Of a stretch of DNA of 64,000 nt, positions 18,346 through 27,811 are shown piece after piece. This stretch comes from Rhodospirillales bacterium. Its GTDB lineage: Bacteria > Pseudomonadota > Alphaproteobacteria > Rhodospirillales > GLO-3. How positions within the stretch are numbered: position 1 is the stretch's first letter; the number at the start of each line of letters is the position of its first letter. Under the pieces are notes generated by a model. It was not told the origin of the DNA. It did not search any database and saw nothing but the letters and a program-made list of their open reading frames with translations. The stretch is taken from the NCBI GenBank assembly GCA_003354135.1, contig PIVK01000016.1:2224-66223 (forward strand), in the 5' to 3' direction. The translations under genes and the position numbers were made by a program.

Positions 18346-18843
18346 ATGTTTCTGAAGAAACATGGCCTCATGGCCGTAGCCCTTGGCATGGCGCTGGTTC
18401 TTGCCACATCTGTCTTCGTTCCCGCGAAGGCCGCCGAGGAAGAGGGGGAAAAACCCTATCGCATCGTTGATGGGAAGGTCGATTTTGGGACTTACAACGG
18501 TTATCGGCGATACCATAATTCCTGTCATTCATGCCACGGTCCCGGCGCAATGGGCAGTTCCTTCGCCCCGGCGCTGGTTGAATCCTTGCGCGCGATCGAT
18601 GAAAGCATGTTCTGGGATGTGGTGGTCAATGGCCGCATCAACGGCGTTATCGGCGGCGCGAGAGACATAAAAGCCCTGGACTTGTCGGCAAACTCCGCCA
18701 ATCCGCTGGTCATGCCCTCTTTTCATAACGATCCAAACGTTATGGAATACCTTGAAGACATCTATGCCTACGTGAAAGCGCGCTCCGATGGTGTCATTGG
18801 CGGCGGTCGCCCACCTCACCTTCCTAAGGAAAAGGATGACTAA
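18346..18843 (+). CDS. xoxG: c-type cytochrome (XoxG-like electron acceptor)
   Basis: ATG 18346 follows AAAAGGAG. A signal peptide is present. There is a single CHSCH heme-binding motif. Confidence 0.8.
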   Translation: MFLKKHGLMAVALGMALVLATSVFVPAKAAEEEGEKPYRIVDGKVDFGTYNGYRRYHNSCHSCHGPGAMGSSFAPALVESLRAIDESMFWDVVVNGRINGVIGGARDIKALDLSANSANPLVMPSFHNDPNVMEYLEDIYAYVKARSDGVIGGGRPPHLPKEKDD

Positions 18844-18886
18844 TGGCCGAAGCCGGGCGAAATCATGGCATAAGGCGATAGCTTCC

Positions 18887-19744
18887 ATGCTTGGGAGGTT
18901 TCTTTGTAGGATAGGAATACTAGGCATAGGAGCCACCCTGGCGTGCCTTGTTCTTCCGCTGGACGGCGGTGGCGCGGTTCATGCTGCGCAGCCGAGCCGG
19001 GAAACACAAATCACCCGCTTTCTGCGGGTCTGCGCCGATCCAAACAATCTTCCCTTCTCCAATAATAAGGAGGAGGGCTTCGAGAACAAGATCACAAAGT
19101 TGATCGCCGACGAACTGGAGCGGCCCATTCGCTACACTTGGTGGCCCCAGACCATCGGGTTTGTCCGCAATACTCTACGTCTGCGCCGTTGCGATCTGGT
19201 CGCGGGCATCGCCACCGTCAACGAGACCGTTCAAAATACCAACCCGTACTACCGTTCCGTCTACACCATGGTTTACCGGAGCAATTCGGGCCTGAAAGCG
19301 ACCACCTTGTCGGATCCGGCCATCAAGAACACTCGAATTGGAGTCATTGCCGGAACGCCGCCGGCGACGCTGATGGTATTTTATGATTTGATGGATAATA
19401 TGACGTCCTATCACAGGACCGTGGATACTAGGTTTTTTTCGCCATCGAACCAAGCCATCTCCGATGTGGCCGAGGGAAAGATCGACATCGCCCTCGTCTG
19501 GGGGCCGGTCGCCGGATACTTCGTCAAACAACAAAACGTTCCGCTCACCGTTGTTCCCCTGCTTAACGAGAAGAAGGGTGTGCGGTTGGACTTCCGGGTT
19601 TCCATGGCCGTGCGCTTCAGGGAGCCCGAATGGAAAAGGCTGATTAATCGAACCCTTCGACGGCTGCAGCCGAAGATCAATGAAATTCTCAAGTCGTACG
19701 CAATACCTCTTCTCGACGAGAGGGGGCGTTTGATAACAGACTGA
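18887..19744 (+). CDS. xoxJ: MxaJ/XoxJ-like periplasmic binding protein
   Basis: LRVCADPNNLPFSNNKEEGFENKI is typical of the quinoprotein-associated SBP_bac_3 family. The start (18887 or 18836) is uncertain. Confidence 0.75.
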   Translation: MLGRFLCRIGILGIGATLACLVLPLDGGGAVHAAQPSRETQITRFLRVCADPNNLPFSNNKEEGFENKITKLIADELERPIRYTWWPQTIGFVRNTLRLRRCDLVAGIATVNETVQNTNPYYRSVYTMVYRSNSGLKATTLSDPAIKNTRIGVIAGTPPATLMVFYDLMDNMTSYHRTVDTRFFSPSNQAISDVAEGKIDIALVWGPVAGYFVKQQNVPLTVVPLLNEKKGVRLDFRVSMAVRFREPEWKRLINRTLRRLQPKINEILKSYAIPLLDERGRLITD

Positions 19745-19755
19745 ACGAGTTGGTA

Positions 19756-20397
19756 TTAATCAAGATGTGTGGAAATGGCGTGGGACAGCTCGCCGAGTTT
19801 TTCCTCATCCTTTACCGGTCGTTCGCACACATACTGAATCATTTTCTCGCGATCCTCGAAGATGCGCGCTTGCGTGTTGATGGCGTGGCTGAGCTCTTTG
19901 AACTTGTCCTCATCGACAGCGGGATCCTGAGACATCCGGTCAAATTCAAGCATCCGTTCTTCGATCTGTTTGGCGCGGATACGTTGGTGGCGTGTGAACC
20001 TTCTGATTCCCTCGACCATCGTCCGGCGCTTGCCGTTTAGGGTCTCAAGCACACCGTTGAACAGCATGGTCAGCTGTTGATTTTTATCCTCTTTCTTTAA
20101 TGTCTTGGCGAAGGCCGCGATTTCGTTCGCGGCTTTTTCGGTCGTCATCGTGCTATCCGTCAATCGCTTCACAAGGGTAGCCAGGGGCTGTTCACGACGC
20201 CACTTGTCTTCCATGCCATCGACCGATGGGCCGTCCCAGACCACCGCCGCCGAAACTGTCGGCACGAAAGCCTGAATGCAGGGCCAATCCGGATCCTGAT
20301 TCATTTGGGCCGTGGAGGTTCCGGTGGCGAAACCACAAAAGAATATCCCCGTGACCAGGGCAAAAAGAGCAGAGCGTGGAATCATGATGATAATCAT
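19756..20397 (-). CDS. exported hypothetical protein (last gene of the PQQ-associated ABC operon)
   Basis: The hydrophobic N-terminus is MIIIMIPRSALFALVTGIFFCGFA. The C-terminal half looks coiled-coil and has an internal ELSHAI(N/S)T repeat. Confidence 0.5.
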   Translation of the reverse strand: MIIIMIPRSALFALVTGIFFCGFATGTSTAQMNQDPDWPCIQAFVPTVSAAVVWDGPSVDGMEDKWRREQPLATLVKRLTDSTMTTEKAANEIAAFAKTLKKEDKNQQLTMLFNGVLETLNGKRRTMVEGIRRFTRHQRIRAKQIEERMLEFDRMSQDPAVDEDKFKELSHAINTQARIFEDREKMIQYVCERPVKDEEKLGELSHAISTHLD

Positions 20398-20429
20398 CCA
20401 ATAAACAAAAGGCCGACCCGGAATTACCC

Positions 20430-21233
20430 TCACGTATCCTGTTTTCGGGCCATGAAACCACGCCCCGGGTCATAACCGTAAACAGCGATACCCAGAAACA
20501 AGATAGCGACCGCCGATACATAGACAAGGGAATACAGGTTCAATTGACCGTAAAGGGAAAAACGGATCAACTCAACGGCATGAGTGAACGGATTGTACGA
20601 GCTGATGTTGAAAAGAGAAATGCTGGAATCACGGATCTTCCACAAGGGATAAAGTGCGGAGGAAGCAAAGAACATGGGAAAAATAACAAAATTCATCACC
20701 CCGGCGAAGTTCTCAAGCTGACGGATTATGGACGACAGCATCAAGCCTATGGCGCCCAGCATGAAGCCCGAGATGAACATCGCCGGCAGCGCCGTGATGT
20801 ATCCGATGGGTGGCAACTGAACCTCCCAGAACCACGCCACGAGGAGGAATACATAGGCCTGAAGGATGGAAATGAACGTGCTGGCGATCAGGCGGCAGGT
20901 CAGCAGATACCAGCGCGGCAAGGGACTGACCAACAGAACCCGCATGCTGCCCATTTCTCGGTCGTACACCATGGAAAGGGAGCTTTGCATGCCGTTGAAA
21001 AGCTGGATCATGGCGACAAGCCCCGGCGCGATGTAGACTTCGTAGAGAATGTATGTCTCGTAAGGCGGTATGATCGAAACGCCAAGAACCGAACGAAAAC
21101 CGGCGGCAAAAATGAAAAGCCAAATCAGCGGTCGAACCAGGGCGCCCATGAACCGTTGACGTTGGTGCAGAAACCGCAGTCCTTCACGGATGATGATGCC
21201 GGCCAGGGCGCGATAGTAATGGCTGGCGTTCAC
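20430..21233 (-). CDS. ABC-2 type transporter permease
   Basis: It has six predicted TM segments and a 4-nt overlap with the ATPase gene. Confidence 0.8.
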   Translation of the reverse strand: MNASHYYRALAGIIIREGLRFLHQRQRFMGALVRPLIWLFIFAAGFRSVLGVSIIPPYETYILYEVYIAPGLVAMIQLFNGMQSSLSMVYDREMGSMRVLLVSPLPRWYLLTCRLIASTFISILQAYVFLLVAWFWEVQLPPIGYITALPAMFISGFMLGAIGLMLSSIIRQLENFAGVMNFVIFPMFFASSALYPLWKIRDSSISLFNISSYNPFTHAVELIRFSLYGQLNLYSLVYVSAVAILFLGIAVYGYDPGRGFMARKQDT

Positions 21234-22009
21234 TGTTTCCTCTCCCCGCCGGTCAAGGCAACGAAGGCTTCCTGAACCGTCGTTGCTCCCGTTTTCTCAA
21301 GGACGTCGGGAACGCTGCCGGAAAAAAGGACCCTGCCGGCATGAAGAACGAATAGGAGATCGCTCTCGTCGACCTCGTCGATCAAATGGGTCGACCAGAG
21401 CACACTGACCCCTTCTTTCAGACATAGATCGCGGACGTGCTCAAGGATGCTCTGGCGACTATGCACATCGAGACCGACGGTCGGCTCGTCGAGGAGGAGA
21501 AAACTGGGGCGGTGCAACAACGCCCGCGCCAACTCCACCCGGCGGCGTTGGCCGCCGCTCAAGTGACGGACCTTGTCTTTCGCCCGTCCGGCAAGGCCGT
21601 TGCGGTCCAGTTCGTCGGCCACCCTCCGCCGTGCGTCTTGAGGCCCAAGGCCTTGCAGGGCGGCAAAATAATAGAGGTTCTGGTTGATGCTCAAGTCCAG
21701 GTCCAGGGTCGGCTGCTGGAAGACCACTCCGATTCTGGACAAGGCGTGTGAAGGCTGTTTTCGGATATCGTCATCGAAGATGCGGATGGCGCCGGAACGG
21801 CAATTATAGAGCCGTGTCGCCAGAGAAAAGAAAGTTGTCTTGCCGGCGCCGTTAACCCCGAGAAGAACACAAAAGCGGGCCGAGGGAACGCTGATTGAAA
21901 CGTTGTCGAGGGCAAGCCGGCCAGGGAAGCTGAAGCTTACGCCATCGACGCTAAGCGCGTCCGGGGCGCTGTTCGGTTCCGGTTCCACTACTTTATCACC
22001 ACGCCCCAT
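21230..22009 (-). CDS. ABC transporter ATP-binding protein
   Basis: Walker A is GVNGAGKTT, the signature is LSGGQRRRV, and Walker B is FLLLDEPT. Confidence 0.85.
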   Translation of the reverse strand: MGRGDKVVEPEPNSAPDALSVDGVSFSFPGRLALDNVSISVPSARFCVLLGVNGAGKTTFFSLATRLYNCRSGAIRIFDDDIRKQPSHALSRIGVVFQQPTLDLDLSINQNLYYFAALQGLGPQDARRRVADELDRNGLAGRAKDKVRHLSGGQRRRVELARALLHRPSFLLLDEPTVGLDVHSRQSILEHVRDLCLKEGVSVLWSTHLIDEVDESDLLFVLHAGRVLFSGSVPDVLEKTGATTVQEAFVALTGGERKQ

Positions 22010-22962
22010 GGCATGCGACCGACCTTGATGCTCTTAATGACTTTCCGTTTCTCCACGTCAATGATCGAGATATCGTTGCTGACTCCGTTGGTCGTTACGA
22101 TGAATTTTTCATCCGGAGTCAACGCCAGATTCCATACCCGCAAGCCGACCAAAAGATATTTTTCGACCTCATAGGTCTTGGCGTTAATGACGGCGATCCG
22201 AGCGGCCGGTCCCAGAGCCGCGAAGACCCACTTGCCGTCCTTGGTGATACGGATGCCGACAGGTTGTATCGCCTCACGCCGGATACCTGGGATTTTGAAG
22301 GATATCTTGTGGCTGACTTTGTAGGTGGCGGCGTCGATCACGCTGATGGTTCCGCCGATCTCGGCCGACACCCAGACCTCCTTGCCGTCGGGGGTGTACT
22401 GGGCGACACGGGGGCGGCTGTCGACGAGCACGTTACCCTCTACCTTGCTGGTCGCCGTATTAATGAAATGAGCCATGTTGGTGGTCTCGGATGTGTTGAC
22501 CAGCCACTTGCCGTCTGGGCTTACCCCCATGCCTTCGGGCTCGACGCCCACCGGAATCTCATCGAGCACCCGGCGGTCGACCGTATCGACGACGGTCACC
22601 ATGTTGTCGTCCTCGTTGGCCACGTACAGAATCCGGCCTTTGGGGCCCAATGCCATCAATTCGGGGTCCGGCCCCGAGGGCAACGTATGTGTGATCTTCA
22701 GAGTCTCCAGGTCGAGCACTTCGATATGATCCTCATCGCTGGTGCAGATGTAGAGCACTTTCTGGTCCTTGCTGAGGAGCACGCCGCGCGGCCGCATTCC
22801 GACCTTGACGTTTTTTACCAACTTCCTTGCGGTGACGTCGATGATGCTGATGACGTTGTCTTTTTCACTGGAAACAAAAGCGGTTGCCGCCATAACCGGC
22901 AATGAGGAACCGACGGCGAATACTGTGGCAAGGGCAAGCTGTTTTAAATTCATCATTTTCAT
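21988..22962 (-). CDS. YVTN-type beta-propeller repeat protein (PQQ-dependent catabolism-associated)
   Basis: A signal peptide is present. Repeated units appear (VISIIDV, MVTVVDT, TISVIDA, IAVINA, ISIIDV). Confidence 0.8.
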   Translation of the reverse strand: MKMMNLKQLALATVFAVGSSLPVMAATAFVSSEKDNVISIIDVTARKLVKNVKVGMRPRGVLLSKDQKVLYICTSDEDHIEVLDLETLKITHTLPSGPDPELMALGPKGRILYVANEDDNMVTVVDTVDRRVLDEIPVGVEPEGMGVSPDGKWLVNTSETTNMAHFINTATSKVEGNVLVDSRPRVAQYTPDGKEVWVSAEIGGTISVIDAATYKVSHKISFKIPGIRREAIQPVGIRITKDGKWVFAALGPAARIAVINAKTYEVEKYLLVGLRVWNLALTPDEKFIVTTNGVSNDISIIDVEKRKVIKSIKVGRMPWGVVIK

Positions 22963-23000
22963 TTCCAATACAATCGAGATCATTAAGATTAAGAGCAAGA

Positions 23001-24206
23001 TCAACGCTCGATACGGCAGGTAGATTCAGGCCGATCATAGCCAAGGGTGTCAAGGGTCGAGAACTGGTGAAGGAACCTTTTCTGTGGGGAAACCGTCACC
23101 AGGATGCGAGGCGCCGTGACCAGAATGGGCTGGCGCAGTTGGCCGTTCCAGGCGCGGTAGGACACCGGAACCCCTTTGAACGCCGCCAGTTGGAAATCGG
23201 GACTGCGGATGTAGGCGGCAATTTTCGCCACATCGCCCGACGCCGCCCTGGTGACCGCATCTCCGATGCTGCGCAAGCCGATCCAGGCGGAATAATCCTT
23301 GGCGTTCATCCACCGTTTGGAAAGTTTATTGAAACGGCGCTGCACCTGGGTGGCTCCCCATTGTTCATTGACCCGGTGCCAAGCAATCGGGGTCAGGCCG
23401 TGTGTGCCCGCCACCGGTCTTGGAATGTGGGTTCGGTAACTCAAGTACTCCCCGAACTCGTCGCCCTCGTCTGAGACAATCAGGACGTCGAAATCGACTC
23501 CCTGTGTGAAGGCGGGAATTTCCTGCTGGGCGGAAATATGGCCGCTATCGGTGCGCCGGGAGGTGGCCTCGAATGTCCACTCCTTCTCGGCGACGATCTT
23601 AAGACCGAAACGTTTTATTGCGCGCTTCAGAGAGCGGGCATAAGCCCTGTCCGCAGGTGTCTTGCCAACCACCAGAAAGATTTCCCGCCACTGCTTCCAG
23701 GACAAATATTGGGCGAGGGCATCCGCCAGCATGGCGCGGCTCGCATTGACATGAAGAATATTTGCGCGGCACTGGCCGTTGCGCAATTCATCGTCATTGG
23801 CGCCGATGTTGAACAGCAATGCACCGGCGGCTTCGGGCTGATCGGCGATGGCAAGCAGTTTGTCCATGGGAAGATCCACGAGAAAAAGCCGCACGCCATC
23901 GGCGGCCATTTTCTTGAAGGCGCCCAGGACATCTCCGTTTGCGGGAACAATGACCTCATCGAGCAGAAAATTCTGGCCGGTAAACTTCCCTGTTGTGTTG
24001 TTGTCCTTGATCGCCAACCGTGCGCCTTGGAGGCCGGAATCTTCGAGAATGGGCTCGAGGAGAGATAGGGGGATATGGGCATCACTTTTTTGGGTGATGT
24101 ATCCCATCTTTACGGTCTCAACATCGGATTGCGCCCGCACTGCCGTCGCCGACACCAAGGCCGTCAACATAAGAGCGGCCATAACCAGCGGCCAGTTTTT
24201 CGTCAT
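23001..24206 (-). CDS. periplasmic substrate-binding protein (Leu/Ile/Val-binding-like, PQQ-associated)
   Basis: The signal peptide is MTKNWPLVMAALMLTALVSATAVRA. It is the first gene of the SBP / propeller / ATPase / permease operon. Confidence 0.75.
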   Translation of the reverse strand: MTKNWPLVMAALMLTALVSATAVRAQSDVETVKMGYITQKSDAHIPLSLLEPILEDSGLQGARLAIKDNNTTGKFTGQNFLLDEVIVPANGDVLGAFKKMAADGVRLFLVDLPMDKLLAIADQPEAAGALLFNIGANDDELRNGQCRANILHVNASRAMLADALAQYLSWKQWREIFLVVGKTPADRAYARSLKRAIKRFGLKIVAEKEWTFEATSRRTDSGHISAQQEIPAFTQGVDFDVLIVSDEGDEFGEYLSYRTHIPRPVAGTHGLTPIAWHRVNEQWGATQVQRRFNKLSKRWMNAKDYSAWIGLRSIGDAVTRAASGDVAKIAAYIRSPDFQLAAFKGVPVSYRAWNGQLRQPILVTAPRILVTVSPQKRFLHQFSTLDTLGYDRPESTCRIER

Positions 24207-24300
24207 TCCTTGAACCCTTTCAATCTTGTCTGAAATGACAGCCCATGATTTGCTATGCTTTAACATCTGGACATTACCAAGAGGTCAGAGAAGAATTATC

Positions 24301-24816
24301 ATGATAAGCCAAGATTCAAAGTGCGCCTATTTGTTCCGATTTGTTGCCGTTATCCTGCTTTTGTTTTTATCGTTGTCAAGTCAGACAAGTGCGGAATCGA
24401 TAAAAATCGCAGTCTTTGACCTACAGTTGGTCGACACCAGCGATGAGGGGAAAACGCGGGAAATTCGCGGCCGCCTCCAGCGGGCAAGCGAGCAGTTGCG
24501 GAACATGCTCGGAGAATCGGGGCAGTTCACCGTCGTCGATTTGGCCCCCGCCGCCAAACAGATCGAGGAAGCCGGCGATCTTAACTTCTGCAATGGATGT
24601 GAAAGAGACATCGCCCGCGATCTTGGCGCCGACGTTGCCCTGATCGGCACTGTCAGAAAGGTAAGCTACCTGATCCTCAATATTGTCGTGCTCGTTACCG
24701 ATGTTAGCACCGGAAAGCCGTTGGTGATGCGAAATATCGGCCTTCATGGCGATGATGATGATCAGTGGCGCAGGGGTATCAGTTACCTTGTACGGCATTA
24801 CCTTCTGGAAGAATAA
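24301..24816 (+). CDS. DUF2380/DUF3280-like exported protein
   Basis: The ATG is at 24301. A signal sequence is present. The protein contains KIAVFDLQLVDTSDEG and FCNGCERDIA. Confidence 0.55.
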   Translation: MISQDSKCAYLFRFVAVILLLFLSLSSQTSAESIKIAVFDLQLVDTSDEGKTREIRGRLQRASEQLRNMLGESGQFTVVDLAPAAKQIEEAGDLNFCNGCERDIARDLGADVALIGTVRKVSYLILNIVVLVTDVSTGKPLVMRNIGLHGDDDDQWRRGISYLVRHYLLEE

Positions 24817-24887
24817 CTTTCCGATACTGGAATACGGTCATATTGTCGACTGCCTTCCTTGAGCATAACAATTTAAGGTGAAAAACC

Positions 24888-25529
24888 ATGACCATGAGGG
24901 AGCCGCCCGGTTTCGTCGAGGACAAGGACAGTGCCGTCGCCGGCAGGCCCAGCCGCGCCGAGGCCGAGGACGCGGTGCGCACCCTGATCCGCTGGTGCGG
25001 CGACGACGCCGATCGCGAGGGGCTGCGCGACACCCCGGCCCGGGTGGTGCGCGCCCACGAGGAAATGTTCTCGGGCTATGAAGCCGATCCCGAGGACATT
25101 CTCAGGCGCACCTTCGAGGAAACCGACGGCTATGACGAGATGATCCTGCTCAAGGATATCCGCTTCGAATCCCACTGCGAGCACCACATGGCGGCCTTCA
25201 TCGGCAAGGCCCACATCGCCTATCTGCCGTCGCGGCGGGTGGTCGGCATCAGCAAGCTGGCGCGTCTGGTGGACGCTTATGCACGCCGCCTTCAGATCCA
25301 GGAGAAGATGACCTCGCAGATCGCCAATGCCATCAGCGGCGTCCTCCAGCCCGAGGGCGTGGCTGTGGTCATCGAGGCAGTCCACCAGTGCATGACCACG
25401 CGCGGCGTCCATAAGCCCGGCGTCGTCATGGTTACCAGCCGCATGCTCGGGGCGTTCCGCGACAACCCGTCGACGCGGCGTGAATTCCTGGCGATGATCG
25501 GGAACTCCGCCGGCGGCGAAACCACTTAA
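24888..25529 (+). CDS. folE: GTP cyclohydrolase I
   Basis: The motifs GLRDTPARV...FESHCEHHM...[11 protein letters not shown] are canonical FolE motifs. Confidence 0.9.
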   Translation: MTMREPPGFVEDKDSAVAGRPSRAEAEDAVRTLIRWCGDDADREGLRDTPARVVRAHEEMFSGYEADPEDILRRTFEETDGYDEMILLKDIRFESHCEHHMAAFIGKAHIAYLPSRRVVGISKLARLVDAYARRLQIQEKMTSQIANAISGVLQPEGVAVVIEAVHQCMTTRGVHKPGVVMVTSRMLGAFRDNPSTRREFLAMIGNSAGGETT

Positions 25530-25548
25530 TTACGAGAAGAACCTTCCG

Positions 25549-27036
25549 TTATCCGGTTCTTTTTGTATGCCTTCCGGGAGCACAATCGGCCGTAAGGCTC
25601 TCCAGGAGGGGAGCGGCCTTGACGAGCGTTTCCGCGTATTCGGCGGAGGGGTCCGAATCCGAGACCACCGCTCCCCCGGCCTGGGCGACCACGCAATCAT
25701 CCTCAATGACGATGGTGCGGATCGAAATGCTGGATTCGGATGCACCATTGAAACCCATCCAGACAATGGCGCCGCAATAAGGGCCGCGCCGCGCGGGTTC
25801 CAGTTCGTTGATGATCTCCATGGCCCGTATCTTGGGCGCCCCGGTGATCGATCCGCCTGGAAAGGACGCGCGGAACAGATCGATACAGCCGAGATCCGGC
25901 ATGAGCCGCCCCTGAATTCCAGAGACCAAGTGATGGACGGAAGCAAAGGTTTCGAGAGTCAACAGGTCGGTGGCTCGGACGCTTCCGGTCCGGCAGACCC
26001 GGGACAGGTCGTTGCGCAGCAGGTCGACGATCATCAGGTTCTCAGCCCGGTCTTTCTCGCTTGCGAGCAGGGAGGCCGCCAACGCCGCGTCATCGTCTGG
26101 TGTTTGCCCCCGTGGCCGCGTCCCCTTTATGGGGCGAGTGTCTACCAAACCATCAAACGACAGGCGTAGAAAACGTTCCGGAGACGCGGATAGCAGGTGA
26201 AAATTTTTACCGCAGGCGAGAAATGCGGCGAAGGGTGCGGGACTAAGCGCACGCAGACGACGATAGAGATGAATAGATTCGAGCCCGTCCACAAGTTTTC
26301 CCAGAAACCGTTGGGTGAGGTTAACCTGAAAGACGTCGCCAGCGTAGATGTAGTCGATGATCTTGGAGACCCTCTGTTCGTATTCGCTTTGGGTGACTTC
26401 CAAATTCCAGGAGCCTTTCAGCGTCCAGTCGATGGGCGCCAATGACGGTGCGTTCTCGATCCGCAAAGCCATGACTTTGGAGCGGGCTTCGGCGTTTCCT
26501 CTGGCTACGGATGTGGAGATGACCCAGGCCTGACGCTGGACGAGGTCGAAAACGGCGATGGTGTCATAGAAACCTATCACCATATCTGGAGCGCGGAGCC
26601 CCTCGGAGCTGGGGGCGGGCAGGCGTTCGATATGCCGCCCCAATTCGTAGCCAAGGAAGCCAACGGCGCCAGCCTGGAATGGGGGCAGGTCGGGATGGGT
26701 CTCCAACCGGTATTTTTCAAGCTCTCGCTCAAGGACGGTGAAGGGGTCACCCGAAACGGCTGTTCCGTCAACGGTGACACACGCCCCCGCTTCAATCACC
26801 CGGAAAGGGTCGGCGGCTATATAGGAAAACCGGCCCTGCCCGCTTGAACTGTCGGCGCTGTCCAGAAAAGCCGCCATCTTATCGTTGGCGAAAGGCGCAA
26901 AGGCTTCAAGAGGATCCCGAAAGGTGAGACGTTGAATATGAAAGTGTGAACATGCGGCCACTATGATAATTCCGTAAAATGTGGCTATCCGTAAAGTAGA
27001 CGCGAATATCCAAGAAATTGATGTAGATATCCGCAA
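25549..27036 (-). CDS. pabB: aminodeoxychorismate synthase component I
   Basis: It has chorismate-binding family motifs (SPERFL, FPGGSITGAPK, RGPYCGA). The start is uncertain (ATG 27036 or GTG 26961). Confidence 0.85.
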   Translation of the reverse strand: MRISTSISWIFASTLRIATFYGIIIVAACSHFHIQRLTFRDPLEAFAPFANDKMAAFLDSADSSSGQGRFSYIAADPFRVIEAGACVTVDGTAVSGDPFTVLERELEKYRLETHPDLPPFQAGAVGFLGYELGRHIERLPAPSSEGLRAPDMVIGFYDTIAVFDLVQRQAWVISTSVARGNAEARSKVMALRIENAPSLAPIDWTLKGSWNLEVTQSEYEQRVSKIIDYIYAGDVFQVNLTQRFLGKLVDGLESIHLYRRLRALSPAPFAAFLACGKNFHLLSASPERFLRLSFDGLVDTRPIKGTRPRGQTPDDDAALAASLLASEKDRAENLMIVDLLRNDLSRVCRTGSVRATDLLTLETFASVHHLVSGIQGRLMPDLGCIDLFRASFPGGSITGAPKIRAMEIINELEPARRGPYCGAIVWMGFNGASESSISIRTIVIEDDCVVAQAGGAVVSDSDPSAEYAETLVKAAPLLESLTADCAPGRHTKRTG

Positions 27037-27330
27037 AGCCGTAAGTTAAATGGTTTGCAGCCTTAAACCAAGGATTATATCGAACCAAGAATCACCGACC
27101 CCTCGTTATAGAAATAAAGACCTATAGAAAAAAGTCCTATGCCGTTAAGGAAGATTTTCTCGTTGCCCCCAAGCTCCAATTATGGCATCGTACAGTTCGT
27201 CTGGGAGGATAAATCGTCTAGTTTGATCGACTAGATTGCAATCAGAGCTATTAGTCTCACCAGGAAGTTTAAGCATTGGCGACGGTCCTAATTTATTGAT
27301 CCCGTTACCTATATGTGGAGGCGATAAGCC

Positions 27331-27405
27331 ATGAAGTGGGAAACGCCAGATTATTGCGACGTGCGTCTTGGTTTTGAAGTCACCGCTTACGCGTACGTAC
27401 GTTAA
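27331..27405 (+). CDS. pqqA: PQQ precursor peptide PqqA (24 aa)
   Basis: This ORF is not in the supplied track. The ATG follows GGAGG. It translates to MKWETPDYCDVRLGFEVTAYAYVR, which has the conserved E-x3-Y (EVTAY) cross-link motif. It lies directly upstream of pqqD/pqqE. Confidence 0.85.
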   Translation: MKWETPDYCDVRLGFEVTAYAYVR

Positions 27406-27499
27406 ACCCTGTGTGTTAAGGATAAAGCGGGACGTTGGATTCAGCGTCTCGCTTTCCTTTTTTTTCTTTAAATGATTTAACAGAACCCCAGATGTAACG

Positions 27500-27811
27500 A
27501 TGAACGTTAATGTTGACAATGCCCCGATCAAGCTAAGTGATCGGCCGGTGATTAACCCCCTGTATCTCTTCCGATGGGAAGAGCAAGAGAAGGCGTTCCT
27601 GCTGCTCTATCCCGAGGGCATCATCAAGCTTAACGATTCTGCGGGACAAATTCTCAATCTTTGCGGCGGCGAAAAGACTCTCGAAGAGATTCTCATCGAG
27701 CTGAAACAGATTTTCAGCACCGAAGACATCGACAGCGAAGACATCGACGAAGACATTTACAAATTTATGGAGGTCGCCATTGCCAAAGGATGGGTCAGAA
27801 TTAAGGCTTGA
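27500..27811 (+). CDS. pqqD: PQQ biosynthesis peptide chaperone PqqD
   Basis: The core YPEGIIKLNDSAGQILNLCGG is PqqD-like. It overlaps the pqqE start. Confidence 0.85.
   Translation: MNVNVDNAPIKLSDRPVINPLYLFRWEEQEKAFLLLYPEGIIKLNDSAGQILNLCGGEKTLEEILIELKQIFSTEDIDSEDIDEDIYKFMEVAIAKGWVRIKA

Noticed and set aside
16656-18407. 583-aa ORF antisense to xoxF. Similar long antisense or out-of-frame ORFs occur at 27846-29018, 38644-39972, 42551-43570, 55913-57127 and 59976-60550.
   Set aside because: These ORFs are Arg/Gly/Pro-rich and low in complexity, and I recognise no motifs in them. They overlap confidently identified genes completely. Long stop-free antisense frames are typical of GC-rich DNA.
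24817-24887. Possible folE-motif (THF-II) riboswitch upstream of folE
   Set aside because: The leader is only ~70 nt, and I could not build a convincing hairpin with a conserved internal loop. I cannot confirm this without a covariance model.
27145-27531. 128-aa minus-strand ORF covering the pqqA region
   Set aside because: It lies antisense to a textbook pqqA peptide gene that has its own ribosome-binding site. I recognise no domain in it, and the region is an AT-rich promoter area.
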